64,000 bases of DNA from Balanoglossus misakiensis (taxonomy: Eukaryota > Animalia > Hemichordata), in the NCBI GenBank assembly GCA_040954595.2, contig CM082596.2:5220791-5284790 (forward strand), read 5' to 3'. Below the pieces are notes generated by a model. It saw only the letters and a program-made list of their open reading frames with translations, did not search any database and was not told where the DNA came from. Positions 35,501 to 48,200 of the stretch are shown one piece after another. The position numbers and the translations under genes were made by a program. Numbering within the stretch: position 1 is the stretch's first letter; the number at the start of each line of letters is the position of its first letter.

Positions 35501-36774
35501 CGGCCTATTGGGTATGGCGTGTCCTGTAGTAGCTCTTCCAGTTTGAAGCGACACAGACCGGTCAGGAGTAAAGAGTACGCGGGTCTGGGCCAATTCGTAC
35601 CTGTTACTTGCACCACTACTGCGGCAGTGCCTACAGAATGCAATGTGCTGATGTCTTCGTCCTGGTGTTGTAAGAAAGGGGGTTTTACTTTTAGATACAT
35701 ATCTTCATCAGTTAAGTCACAATACACCCACTGCAAATCGGGTGGATGTGCCATGTTCACTGTGTACCAGAGTGCAGTATTTGAGTGATGAATCTTGTAT
35801 CATCGAAGCATGCAACGAACAGTACAGATGAACATCTAAACAGTTTATAACTAGCTTGTAATATACAAGTAGTCACACCACTGGTGACATTCATTCGTTA
35901 ATCCCTTCAGAAGAACTCCCAATCTTCCAGCGGAGTGGCAACAGCAAAATCATCTCACCTGTACACTCTTTTCTCTTGTGATGACACCGATGATTGTGCT
36001 GCTGAGGGTGTGTGACTTTAGCAAGTGTTTCTTCACCATGTGCATGCTGCAATGAGAAAAGATAGGGTTTTGTTAGACTGAGAGCCTTTACATTGTAAAA
36101 TTGTAGCTCAACTTTCAGGCACTGTGGGTCAACTTTCAGGCACTGTGGGTCAGCCAAGTTCATAAATAGTGAAATACTAATTATACAATCAACACATTGC
36201 TCTATTTACATATGTTGAAGGTGTGTTATGGTGTTTTAGTGACTTTTCAATACATAACATCTGCCACGGTGGGCGTGGCCATGGTTTCTAGAAACTACGA
36301 CAAGAGTTCAGTGACACGGGACAGAGGCGAAGTACGTAAGTTGGGGTCAAAGTTCAACACTACAACGTACGTTATACATGTTATATCATATACGAAGTTT
36401 GCATTTCGGCGATACTTTGTATTACATAAATCCCTGACAGTTCCGGCACTTCCTATGGAAAAAACAGTCGGAAATCTGAAACTGTCGCAGGTTGCACAAT
36501 AAACACACGTATCAAACCACACTGCAGTGAGACACTGCAGTCCAGCTGATGATTTGTGACCTCAAACGAACCCAGTTCCCGATCATGGCACCCTATGAAC
36601 TTTGCGAAGAAAACTGAATAAATTATCCAGCGGATAGCGTGCCATGTAAACGCAACCAAAGACTTACTTCTTTGGCGACTGCACCGGTATTCTCATGGAC
36701 GAACCCGGCAGCAAAACGCCGTCGGTAATCAAAAGTAGTGGAAGACGTTTGGGTATCGTGATGCGCGACGCCAT
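29534..36774 (-). CDS. LONP2: Peroxisomal Lon protease homolog 2, ~18 exons
   Basis: [14 protein letters not shown]...VLLPGS start; [11 protein letters not shown]; Walker [10 protein letters not shown]; Walker B LLDEIDK; [11 protein letters not shown]; KDGPSAG (catalytic Ser); GGIKEK (catalytic Lys); C-terminal PTS1 ...VPSSKL* (stop 29536-29534). Confidence 0.98.
30857..30948. mobile_element. ~90-bp TIR mini-element (family also at 54075-54166 and partially at ~1170-1226)
   Basis: AACCCTTTCACC...GGTGAAGGGGTTA termini; shared GGACCAAACCATGG-like core across copies. Confidence 0.7.
32489..32819 (-). other. U12-type (minor spliceosome) GT-AG intron of LONP2
   Basis: Donor CA|GTATCCTTTT; branch site TCCTTAAC (32506-32499) just upstream of the AAG acceptor with no polypyrimidine tract; splicing restores [12 protein letters not shown]. 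Confidence 0.92.
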
Positions 36775-36839
36775 GTTTGAAATTGTAAATATCACAGAGG
36801 GCGCTATATCGTTGAAGGTTTTCATGCGATTGACTGGCT

Positions 36840-37350
36840 GTGGTTCTTACCAAAAACCAAGATTCTTACGTTTTACAGCCTACAAAGTCAAAACAACTCA
36901 AGGTTCTAGCTTACAAAGTCATATTTTAGTCGATGCGATGATAATTTCTCATTATTCATTAACAATTACCGCTCTATAGCGCTCTCATATCATCAATGTT
37001 CTTAGACAGGCACTGAGTTTCATGGATAGCCGTGGTTCTTACCGAAAAATCGTGGTTCTTACGTTATACAGCCTACAAAGTCAAAATTTTTCAAGGTTCT
37101 AGCTTACAAAATCTTACTTTTAGTCGATGCGATGATAATTTCTCATTAAAAAATTAACAATTACCGCTCTATAGCTCTCTCATATCACCAAGGTTCTTAG
37201 ATAGGCAGTTTCATGCATAGCCGTGGTTCTTACCGAAAAACGTGGTTCTTATGTTATACAGTCTACAAAGTAAAAAGAAAATCAAGGTTCTAGCTTACAA
37301 AGTCTTAATTTTAGTCGATGCGATGCTAATTTCTCATAATATTAATTAAC
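36840..37350. repeat. ~191-bp tandem repeat (about 2.7 units) directly upstream of LONP2
   Basis: GTGGTTCTTACC at 36840, 37032 and 37223; each unit contains CAAGGTTCTAGCTTACAAA and TTTAGTCGATGCGATG. Confidence 0.92.
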
Positions 37351-38558
37351 AACACGGTTGGGGGGGGGAGGGCATGCACCGCGATGTACATACATGTACT
37401 TACATATACATGTATAACGTTGGACATAGTTACAGTACAAATCTTGTCAGGTGTCAGTGATTTACAGAAAATACTGACCCAGAGCACCCTGGCAAAATTC
37501 CCCATTATTGGTTTATTTCTATGTGTGCATCTGTGAGGCCAATCTGCGAACACGTGTACGAGATTGTGAGTGCCCTGGGAGATACACTTTTATAGCCCCA
37601 GGTATTTATTATGTCGATAATCGACTACTATATACAACGAATGTATGGCCATTTTAAAAGGGCAGAGGTCTCGCAGGGTTACTTTTGATCGGCCAATTCC
37701 CAGCGTCGTGGACTCGGAGTCGTTCTAAAAACAGGTGCACAACAGGTTCGTGAATTCCATAAGGTACGAGAGTCGACCGTTCCTAGCTATAGGCGTTTTA
37801 CACTGACCCACTTTAAGAAGAACTCGCGGGTAGAAATGTTATAACGGGGGTTGATCTTGCAAGTAGGCGGTCAGGCAGAGTAGACAGACATACGAACACG
37901 GGAGCTCAGAATAATTGGCTCCGGCCACCGTTCTCTGATGCAACCGTGACTTTTCAAAACAATGTTGATTTTTAATTAAAGTCTCGAACGACAAGTCGGT
38001 GACAGTCAATTTGAGTCAAAATGGAAAATTAATAAGATTTGTGTTCATTTGGAATTGAAGTTACCTTATAAAAGGGAATTGTTATTGCAATGTATGAATA
38101 AGGCAGGTCTATTCATCAACGTAATTGAGTGTTGCGTCGATAAATGAACATCCACCGGGGCTAACTTGAATAAAGTCAAGTGTTGTCAAATGGAGAGAGC
38201 GCTATGATATTTCTTGCCGGGAGTTGGACAGGCTCTGGTGTCACGTGATCATTGCTCTCGAGATTGGGAGCGGATGGTGTGACTGCGATGACGGAGTTTC
38301 TTCATACTGACACATAGGAGGGACGACAGTCGCTGGTTAGCCGTCAACGCGTCGTGTGTCGAATTTCGCTTGTGTTTTTTTTTCTTGGCAAATATTTGGT
38401 GGAATTCGTCAATATTTCGGCACTCCTGAGAGCCGGGCGAATGTCCGGTCGGGAACTTCGTGAAAACCGGGACATGCGAGTAAGCGGCGCCCGGTTTTAC
38501 CCGTAACGCGGCGGCTGTCCGTGTATACCTGCATGAATTCTCCGGGAACATCATCATC

Positions 38559-41500
38559 ATGGCGTTCTTTGGGATCCTCAAAGCCATCCTGACCCGCCTG
38601 GTGTTTGCTGTCCACGGGTTTATTTCTGTCTGGCGAGTGGTGGACGCGAAAGAAGACCCGCTGTACTGGCTTCTACTGATGGCTATCATCGGTCTCCTCG
38701 TGGAAACGGTTGTCACTTTGAAGATGCGCAAAGGACGGGAGTTGAAATGGTGAGTGTCGAGGACTTATTCGGTCCGAAGCCCGTAAAACCCACTTTAAGG
38801 TACGCCTCGAAAATCAAAGTCTTAAGGTTTTTCTCAATTTTTTTCTCAAAGCTCCTGGACATATACATACAGTTTGGTGAAAGTCGTGGCTTTATGTAGA
38901 ATGCTGACAGGAACTGTAAAGCCTGACAGATATCTGGAAAGTTCTTACTTTTGGCATCGACCAAACTGTTACCAGGCCAATGATCTATAGAGTAACGCTA
39001 CCTTTTGCGTATAATCGCCCGTCATACAGTGTGTGTAATGCGGTTTTGGGCATATCGTCTATGGCGTTCATACAAATGATTTATTCTGAATAAACGAGAA
39101 CAGTCTGTCAGTTAATATTAACTCCATATTTTCCGGGACGTTTTTTGCAGAAATTTCACAACCCTGCATTTGCGTATCTTGCGACTATGTTTGCTTTGGG
39201 TCTATTAATTACGTGTGTACAATAAAAGACACTGTAACTGGCTGGTGTTGACGTTAATTACAGTCAGAAACTTCAATTGCGCAAATATGTCTACGTCTAC
39301 GGGGTACCGTTACCTTTTACTGAGTCAACTCCGCGCAGTAAAATGCAAATTTGTCCCGGGCTTACAGAGAAGTTGTTGAAACTGAATTGGGTTCATGTAA
39401 ACTTTTCCCAATCACTCTCGCGGCATTTTATGTGGGTCATTTTACTTTTCGATGACAGCAACATCCCGTCCTAATGACGAGAAATTGTTCGATTCTAATA
39501 AAAAGCCCCCCTCTTTCCCCCCGCAGCTAAACCAATTATTTCATGATAAACTGGAGGGCGAAACACGTCACCTCTGGAGACTTTGATATTTGGTTTTAAC
39601 TGTTACCCGAAGGCGCCATAAAGAGTTAAAAGCCTGCGCCAAATTGGCAAGGAATGACTATTTCCGCCACGCAGCCGGCAGCAAAAGAGTTACGCATAGC
39701 GGTGCGCATATTGGCAAAAGGTCGCGCTTGAGTTTATAATTTCATACGCGTAAATGGATTCGAATTGGTTGTCATAGCAAAGACGGTTTGAGATTTTTTG
39801 TACTAATTAGGGTCGGAAACATACTTACTATCATACGGAACTGTGTAACCTAAATGGGACGCGAATAGTATCAAAAGTTCGTGAGAAGTTAAAATGAAAA
39901 ATATTATTGGGGAATTTTTACCCACTGTTAAATTATTAACCCTGAACAAAAACATAGTTGCGTGCGTATTGTCATTAATAATAACATGAGTAATTTCGAT
40001 ATCAAATACACGTAATTACGACTATTCATGAAAATTTCTGTCATTTTCCTCGACAGTCAAATATTACATTACTTCGAAATTGAGCGGAAGGCCAGGGGTT
40101 GGTGTAATTGAATCCATTTTGATATCGGAAAATCTGGTCGCCACGAGATCGGACTTCAAGCTTGCTGCGAAGTTCAAATCGGAAACGTCAGATTGAAAAA
40201 GTGGCTGGCGTACAGCGAGCCCGCGATGGGGGACGTCATCATTTCCATGGTTACGTCAAAGTCAAAAACGACACGCGTGGTGCGGTGGGCATACACCGAA
40301 ACCACCGGTTTGTACCAACAGAAGTAAATGTATACTCTATAGTCTTTCTGACTGCGCGTGCCAATATACAACTGGGACGTTGCAGTCATCCAGAACAATA
40401 ACCTAATAACCGGATATTAATATTCCCATAAAAAAGGGATCTTCATCGCCACAGATCTATAACCGTGTCACTGTGGCATCCTTTTTTATGTCAAGGTCAC
40501 AATCGACACCTGAAAAGTTCAAGTCAGTTCCCAAGGAGGTCAATTGATTACTGTGACACGCCGTATATACACTTCCCTGATGTCTTCAAGATCGAGAAAA
40601 GTGGAGTTCCGGCGTACGTGTTTTATGTCAATCATTGTTTATAAAAGAAAGCGATTCAGTCCTCGCCATAAAGTAATAAAGTACATGCGTCCAAGTACAA
40701 TTTATATTCTCCGTTCTTCTTCTCCATCGCTTCCAATTCAACAATCTAATCATTTCACTTTCTCTCCTACAAAAGTACTTAATAGCAAGCTGAACTCGCG
40801 TGTTTAAAGCACCATTTCCCACCGTTAGCAGAGCTACTATACATACTCGTTTGTAACGACTACTCACTATCGTGAGTCGAATGATCGCTGCCTTGCACGA
40901 TTACGACACTATAACATAATTATCAAAAATGAAAAAAAAAGATTTCAACGCCAGTGTCAAATGTCAGGGCGTTGGGGGACAAATTCAATGTCATTTTATA
41001 GGCGCGGTGAGTGTAAAATGTCATGATAGTTTGTGATAATGCATAAAACTGTACTGGTGGTTTTAACATCAGATGCTATATCTCCCCTGTTTGTAGGTTC
41101 TGTCCAAGCGTGTTGTTCTACCTTTGCAGCGTGGTGCCGAGTTTTTGGATTCTGCAGGTCCAGCTGCACACCGACCGGGAATTCCGCAAGCAAGAACTGG
41201 AACAGGAGGCTCTCGAGAAAGGAAACTGTTCGGTCCGGGTGCTGGCACGACAGGACCCGTCTGAAGCCGCGGAGCACGAAAGCTTGTCAGAGATAATCCA
41301 AGGCGTAGGTATATTTTGGAGCCAAGTGAGACTGTCATTTCATTCAGTTTATCCACTGAATCGAAGATAGGGTGTCTTCTATGATCCGGATGGGTTGAGT
41401 TGAAAATTAAGGTAGTAAACCTTATGCGCCTCGAAAATTAAAGCCTTAAACTGTTATCATATATTTTGCTCAGGACAATTTTAAAGTATTCTGTCTTAAA

Positions 41501-42438
41501 AGTTATAATGAAAACAAGGGGTCAGCGTAAAAACTTGAATTATGATATAGCAAAGATGTCGCCATTTTGAAATTAAAAATGGCCGTCAATTGCTGTGTTA
41601 ACACTTTCCCTTCTTTACTATATAGGAAATCTGCAAACGAAATCATTTTTACTTTTATGACTTTCAGCTGTCGATTCCTGGCTTTGCATTTTCAAGTGAA
41701 AACTGGGTGTTGGCCTTACAGCAAATTCTCCTCGGTCTCCTCATTCTCGGCCGATGGATGCTTCCCAAGGGTGACATCACGCGCGACCAGCTCTCCCAGC
41801 TCCTTCTGGTCTACATCGGCATGGCGGCGGACATCTTGGAATTCTCGGTGGAGACCCTGAAGGAGGACGCCCTGCAGGGCGAGTGGACGCTGATGTACCT
41901 CATCCTGGGCATCTGGTCGTGGAGCCTGCTGCAGTTCTGCCTGGTGCTGACCGCCACCAAGGCGCGGAAGCCGCGCGTGGCCATGGCCGCCAGCTCGTCC
42001 TCGACGGCTCTGCCGTTCACGGCGCAGTGCGAGGGCGGCTGCAAGCTGTGGTGCGAGTCCGAGGTGTGGGCCATCACGGCCAGCATCATCATGCAGGATG
42101 GGCCCTTCCTCGCCATGCGCATGTTCCTCCTCATCCACTATGACGTCGTCAGCCACATGTTGGTGTTCTTCACCTGCAAGAACACGCTCGTCCTCATCCT
42201 CCAACTGTACAGGCTCGTCGTCCTCTACACGGAGAAGCGGCCCGACCACCACGGACCGCCGCAGCTGCGGAGGCACAGCACCGATCTCACCGTCCTCGGT
42301 GAAGACAAGCTCCTGGACCTCACCCCGTTCATACTCTCCAACGTGAACGAAAAGGACCGAATCATCACGAGTTTGGGCGACTGCGATTTCAACAAGACAA
42401 CGGTGCCACAGATGATTGAGTACCAGACTTCACTGTAA
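38559..42438 (+). CDS. TMEM26: Transmembrane protein 26, 3 coding exons (38559-38750, 41097-41304, 41668-42438)
   Basis: AILTRLVFAVHG..VWRV...YWLL...ETVVTLK..KWFCPSVLFYL..VPSFW; GRWMLPKGDITRDQLSQLLLVYIGMAADILEF; QDGPFL; FFTCKN...LQLYRL. Splice phases are consistent. Confidence 0.95.
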
Positions 42439-44036
42439 ATCAGTCGTGAATATTCATACGACCCGGTGTTAGTAGAAAAAAACAGCCATCTAAATGACAG
42501 GTTTCTCTTATAAGGCTGGGCTTATTTGAAACATTACAACACAATTACTGTCGAAATGATTGCCAATTATCAAATGGTGTATACGTTTTCCTCACACCAA
42601 TAATGCAGTGAACGTGATTTCTTACATGGTCGAGTTATACTTTTAACACGCGTTTGTGTGCAAGGTTGACGTAACGTCAGCACACAACATATCATCGGAC
42701 AAATTACCTGTACGTACAAAACGAACACACCTATGTACTGGTAATTAACTGCAAACGGTGGAAAATTGATTAACGATAACGGGTTTGGCAGATCAGTATG
42801 TGTTCATAATTTTCAGACAATATACGCTGACATTAATCGCGCGATGATTAAGTACGCCATCACGCCGTGTACACATTCATTTCGAAGCGCTTGGTCTGCA
42901 ATATTTACCGGAAGTAATAAGTTATCATGATACGCATCACTTCTTTTACCGTTTTGAACCCCTGGGTTTCAAAAACATCTTATCATGGGAGGAGGGTGAG
43001 CCTATCATACTCAACCCCGCCTCTCCGTTTACTTATACTACAAAATACATGCATCTATTTGTTCTATACATTGCAAGGCTTACATGTAACCAACATACAC
43101 ATCATAACTTGATGTTGACAACTCATTACACTTGAAGAACACTGTGTAAAGATGGGAAATACCGGAGAACACTCTCCCAAACATCTTTCCATCTTTCCCT
43201 TAATCCAAACTTTTTGCAAGGCTGAAAGTGAGTAGGCGTTTGGAGGGGGAAACCTCTACAGGCCACTTCGTCATTGATGTGAAAGTCTTTCAAAAGTCAA
43301 ATGTCTGTGACATGGTTTAAACATAATTGAACGAATCTGACTCGGTGATGCCATACACACAAAAGAGACCGGGGGTGTTTTTTGATGAAAACAGAGTGAA
43401 AATAGCTCATTTATAACATTTTATTGAGGATTGATCACATAGAATTTTAGAAATTTGACATTCTATTTCTGCCGACGAAAATACGAATCACTCTATCGCT
43501 ATCGCCCAAACATACAACGTAAAAGTTGTTCGTCGAATACACCCATTGGTAATCAAACTAATAATTCATGGTTTGTCAATAAATATAAATCTAGCCAATT
43601 CTATGAAAATATCGTTTTGTAAACGTACATAATAAATATTTTTGGACAAGGCAGGTCGGAATGTTATGCTTTCTGTCGGAGATGGCGCTGTGTCGTACTG
43701 TTCTGCGGTGTCTGACACAGTGAGCGATTGTGTCCTACGTACCATATTTTTATGTCCCAAACACACCAAAGTATAGAACATCGTTAGAGGACGAAAGCTT
43801 AGTTGTTCGGGGGTCGGGGACATTACAGGATAACCAAGAATAGTTAATATTTTTCCGAGCAAGGAAAACAGCGCTTTCGTCTGATATTTGACAAGGAAAT
43901 AGCTGCCCGTCACCAAATTCCGCCAGAGCGGTTTCGTAGAGTTAAAATCATCAGGATGAAGATACATTCAAGTTGTATAACCCTAACTTAAAGTTTGGGT
44001 CGTCATCTTGGTCCTAAATGATGATGTGTTTTATCT

Positions 44037-46005
44037 TCAACAGACTGTGAAAGAAATATGACAAGTATAGAGTTAATTCCAATTGCAAAAAAAAAAAGTC
44101 TTTCTCAATATAGTGAACACAAGTTCGTTTAACAACAATGAAAACACAATTTTGACACGGTTAAATAATCGATTTACTTACAATCACTTTGACAAATGAA
44201 CGTTTTTCGTTTTGCACACCAGTCATCGTCCCACTGAAATTCTCTTCGTTTCCTGCAGAACAGTTAAAACGTTAACCGTATAATCGTTCACAAAAACGCA
44301 TGTGCAAATGTATATAGCTCCGTCCAGAATCATGGGCAGTCCTGTTGAACACAATACCAAATGGGCATATGTGAACGAATCATTGAAAGATTGCAAAGCT
44401 CTCTCTCAAAAAAAAAAAACACTCACCACATCTGAACGCAATTCTGGTACCCTCTGCCGTTCTTGTATTTGTTGTTCGGTTCACCGGGCGCCCAATTCTG
44501 GTAGCCCGTCTCCACAAGCGGCGCGCCGTCACCCCAAAAATACGTGCCCTGCACGTCGATGTCGTTCAGACCGATCCAGAGACCCCTCGAGATCATGTCT
44601 TCTGTGCAGAGGGCGCGAATCCCGGAGACCAGACTCTGCTGCGTCTCGATGTCGGCAATCTTGGCCAGCATCGCCCCCGAGCCAATCGCTTGGCACGTCG
44701 ATCGCGCCGCCATGAAGGTTTGGCCCTCGAAGCGCAGCTCGTACCGGGTGCAGCCGATGCATACGGGGATATATCCGTCTTCTGTGGACGAAATCAAAAG
44801 AATTTTAGATGTGGTTATTAACATTATGTTGAGAAGTGCACATTTCGGCTGCGTGTGTGAATCATTGTGTAATACGAATATCACACGTAAAAGCAGCTTC
44901 AAGTGTAAGCCTGTTCTTTGGTTGACCAATCGAGAGAGAGAAAGAGAGAGACGAATAGAGAGGGATAGAGGGAACATAGCTGACAAACAGAACGAAAGCA
45001 TGGTCAACTGAACGGCCGGGAAGAAACATACGGTGGGATGGGATGGGATAGATGAGATGAGATTGGATGAGAGATACGATAGATTCTTACCCAAAAAGAC
45101 ATCTGACGTTTGGATAATTGTTGACGGCACCTCGATTCTTGCATTATGCCAAGAAAACAGATCACCGAGTCCATTTTGCTCACACTTGTAGAGACTCAGT
45201 ATGGCGCTGTCGTCCAGAACGTCACTCCACAGGTTGAACCCCGCGATGTGCAAGACGATGTCGTTACGATCGGCTCCGAGCGTCAGAGTCCCGCCACCGC
45301 CGATGGGGGCGATGCCCATCAATGAGGAGACGTAGCCGTGGCCGGGAGCGCTGCCCCAGAGCACTCCGTCCTCGTAGTAGCTCAGCACCCCGCCCGTCTG
45401 TTCCCACGTCATGCACAAGTGGTGCCAACGCCCGTCCTGGAGCAACGACGCCCTCGGGACGTCGAACTTCGGCAGGTTGTTCTGCACTATCGGCAGCGGC
45501 ACGGCGTCGTTGAAAGCGATCATGCCGTAGGTGACGTAGATACCCATGCTGTACTGCCAGAGGAACACCAACGTGTTTGGCAGAGTGCCCAGCTTCATCC
45601 ACTGGCACGAGGATATCGTGTCCAGGTCTTCTTGGATGACGTCGTCGATTGCCACTTCTTTCGGCGCTTCTTGGCCGAATACGATTTGCTTGTTGACCAA
45701 ACTGATCTCTTCTGTTTCTGGCAGTTCGCCTGCATAAACAATATGAGAAATTGTTGTCAACGATAACACTCTAGACTTGGAAGTGAAGCTATGAGTTGGG
45801 GAGAACGCTAGCAATGATGAAAAATCAGGTCTTGATTTGGGCGACGTAATTGTGATCTTTCGTTTTTCATGCAATTTTACCAATTGTTCAGTCTGAGGTA
45901 CAATCTATCGAATAAAAAGCAATCATACTTACGGCTGTATCTTAAGGTGTCCACCAATCTCCCCAGAATCAGAAACATACCGACAAATAGGAAACCACGA
46001 TCCAT
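44037..46005 (-). CDS. Secreted pentraxin/LamG-like + C-type lectin protein (~381 aa)
   Basis: Signal exon 46005-45933. Pentraxin exon 45729-45091 (DGRWHHLCMTW...YEDG, GGTLTLG, FNLWSDVL). CTLD 44781-44427 + 44252-44182 (WIGLND, WAPGEPNN, NCVQMW, QWDDDWC, FICQ). Ends either by read-through (stop 44174) or via an 8-nt last coding exon (stop 44037). Confidence 0.88.
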
Positions 46006-47757
46006 ATTCTTGCTTATCTGGCAAGAGAATAGACGTTCACACGTTGAGGCCACTTTCACTGTAAGCTGACAAAGCTGTAAGCTGACATAGGCTGACAATC
46101 ATGTATGCCAATATTATAAGAAGCAATTTCACGACATTACCCTCTATCTATACAGACGTGATGCAAGTACCTGTACCAATCCTCATCTAAGTATTTAGTG
46201 ATATAAATTCACCATAGCATTGATAACTTTATCTAGCCAATCACAGAGTTTCAAATTGATAAAGCAATATTCAATCTGAACATGACGAAAATATCCCTTT
46301 TTGTGTAACTCACTGAATAAAGTATCCATACGGCACAGTATATTGATTTATTGAAACTGCACAAAAAGTTATTAGTTTCCGGGCTCCATAAAAACCAGTA
46401 TAAATTATTTATAATTTGACATTACCTAGTGTTTCCCACAAATCGTTGAATTGATTGGCGGGGACCAATCTCACGTTGTATTATTTGAACCAGCACAAGA
46501 TAAACGGTCTGGTATGAAGAGGTTAACCACGCTTACTCGTGTTTATTTAAATTTAAGCGTGCCAGTGATCAAACAAACCTTCAATCATACACCTGTGATC
46601 AATCATACTGTGCCAGGGACTGTATCCACAGGTAGAACGCTTCAGAAAAAAATCGAAGACGATCTCAAATTGAATTTTCTCTACTTATTTTTCTTTCCAC
46701 TGGTTGCGTTGATCGAAAAAATAGCAGAAAAGGTTCAATACTGTATACACCGCGTGAAAATTACCTTTCTCTGGTTAAACCTGCGTGTCTGCAGACGAAA
46801 GCATTTCGCACAGACTGAGTAAACAGATATTTTACGGAAAACTTGTTATATGGTATAATCACAAGAAGGAAAGTGAAAATTAACAAAGAATTGTGGTAAA
46901 TTCCAACTCACCTTTGTCTGCAACCGATAATGACACAACTGTCTCCTGGGATGTGCCCCGTTCCGCGAGCGACAGTTACGAGCGAATGACAAGGCCGATA
47001 TGGTATACGCTTATAAACGACGGCGCTGCGCATTAAAGGGCAGACGGCGCTCGGGAGGGTGCGTGTCACTGCCGCTAATGGGAAAACACAGCGTATCGTG
47101 CGCGAGGAAATAGACGACAATTGGACGCAGGAATGTGGAGTTTCCAGCCCACCGAGAAAGCACAATGAAGTCATACAAATATTGATGCATCCATACGGTG
47201 AACCGGGTGAGCCAGGCTCACGAGAATGCGATATAAATTATACTGGAGACGGAATTACGAAGCAGTCCGAAGTCTATTGAACTTATAGAAAACCCACAGA
47301 CCAGGATTATTTTTTTGAGTATTTGCAATACGTGCGTTGTATTGAAGTTTCCAATGAAATTTGTTTATAGAGGTTACGCTATAGCGCCCTTTTGATGCAA
47401 CTGTCCTCATCAGCGGAAAATTTTGAATGCCGGTTCATTGCGAATGATTGCAATGAATTCACAGTGGAGCTTATTAAACCAATTTAATGGTAGGCCTACA
47501 CTAACATGTATGGATACATGCGGCTTAAAGAATATGTCTTGGCTTTCAGTAAATAAACAAATAAGGAAACGGCTGGGGCACAGACGTGGTAGAGACTAGG
47601 TTTGAATCGTGAATAAAAGCTTTTTGAAGTATGAATATCAATTTGAAGGTTAAACGTGAGTGCGTGATCAAACGCAACAGTGATAGTTAGTTTTGTGATA
47701 TTTGATTGAGTGGTAAGTGGTGGGTGGATGGGTGGGTTTTGGGTAGGTGGATGTGTT

Positions 47758-48200
47758 GTGAATGAATGAATGAATGAATGAATGAATGAATGAACGAACG
47801 AATGAATGAACGAATGAATGAACGAACGAACCAATGAATGAACGAATGAATGAATGAATGAATGAATAAATGAACGAACGAATGAATGAACGAACGAACC
47901 AATGAACGAACGAACGAATGAATGAATGAAAGAAAGAATGAATGAATGAACGAACGAATGAATGAACGAATGAATGAACGAACGAACCAATGAACGAACG
48001 AATGAATGAATGAATAAATGAACGAACGAATGAATGAACGAACGAACCAATGAACGAACGAACGAATGAATGAATGAAAGAAAGAATGAATGAATGAACG
48101 AATGAATGAACGAATGAATGAACGAACGAACCAATGAACGAACGAATGAATGAATGAATGAATGAATGAATGAATGAATGAATGAATGAATGAATGAATG
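47758..48200. repeat. (GAAT/GAAC)n tetranucleotide satellite with recurring CCAAT interruptions
   Basis: Direct reading of the sequence. Confidence 0.97.

Noticed and set aside
36840-37350. Regularly spaced repeats as a possible CRISPR-like array
   Set aside because: Whole units are duplicated with no unique spacers; eukaryotic context and no cas genes.
44423-45883. 486-aa single ORF
   Set aside because: Reads through introns that happen to be open; clear splice sites at 45729, 45091 and 44781 define the real exons.
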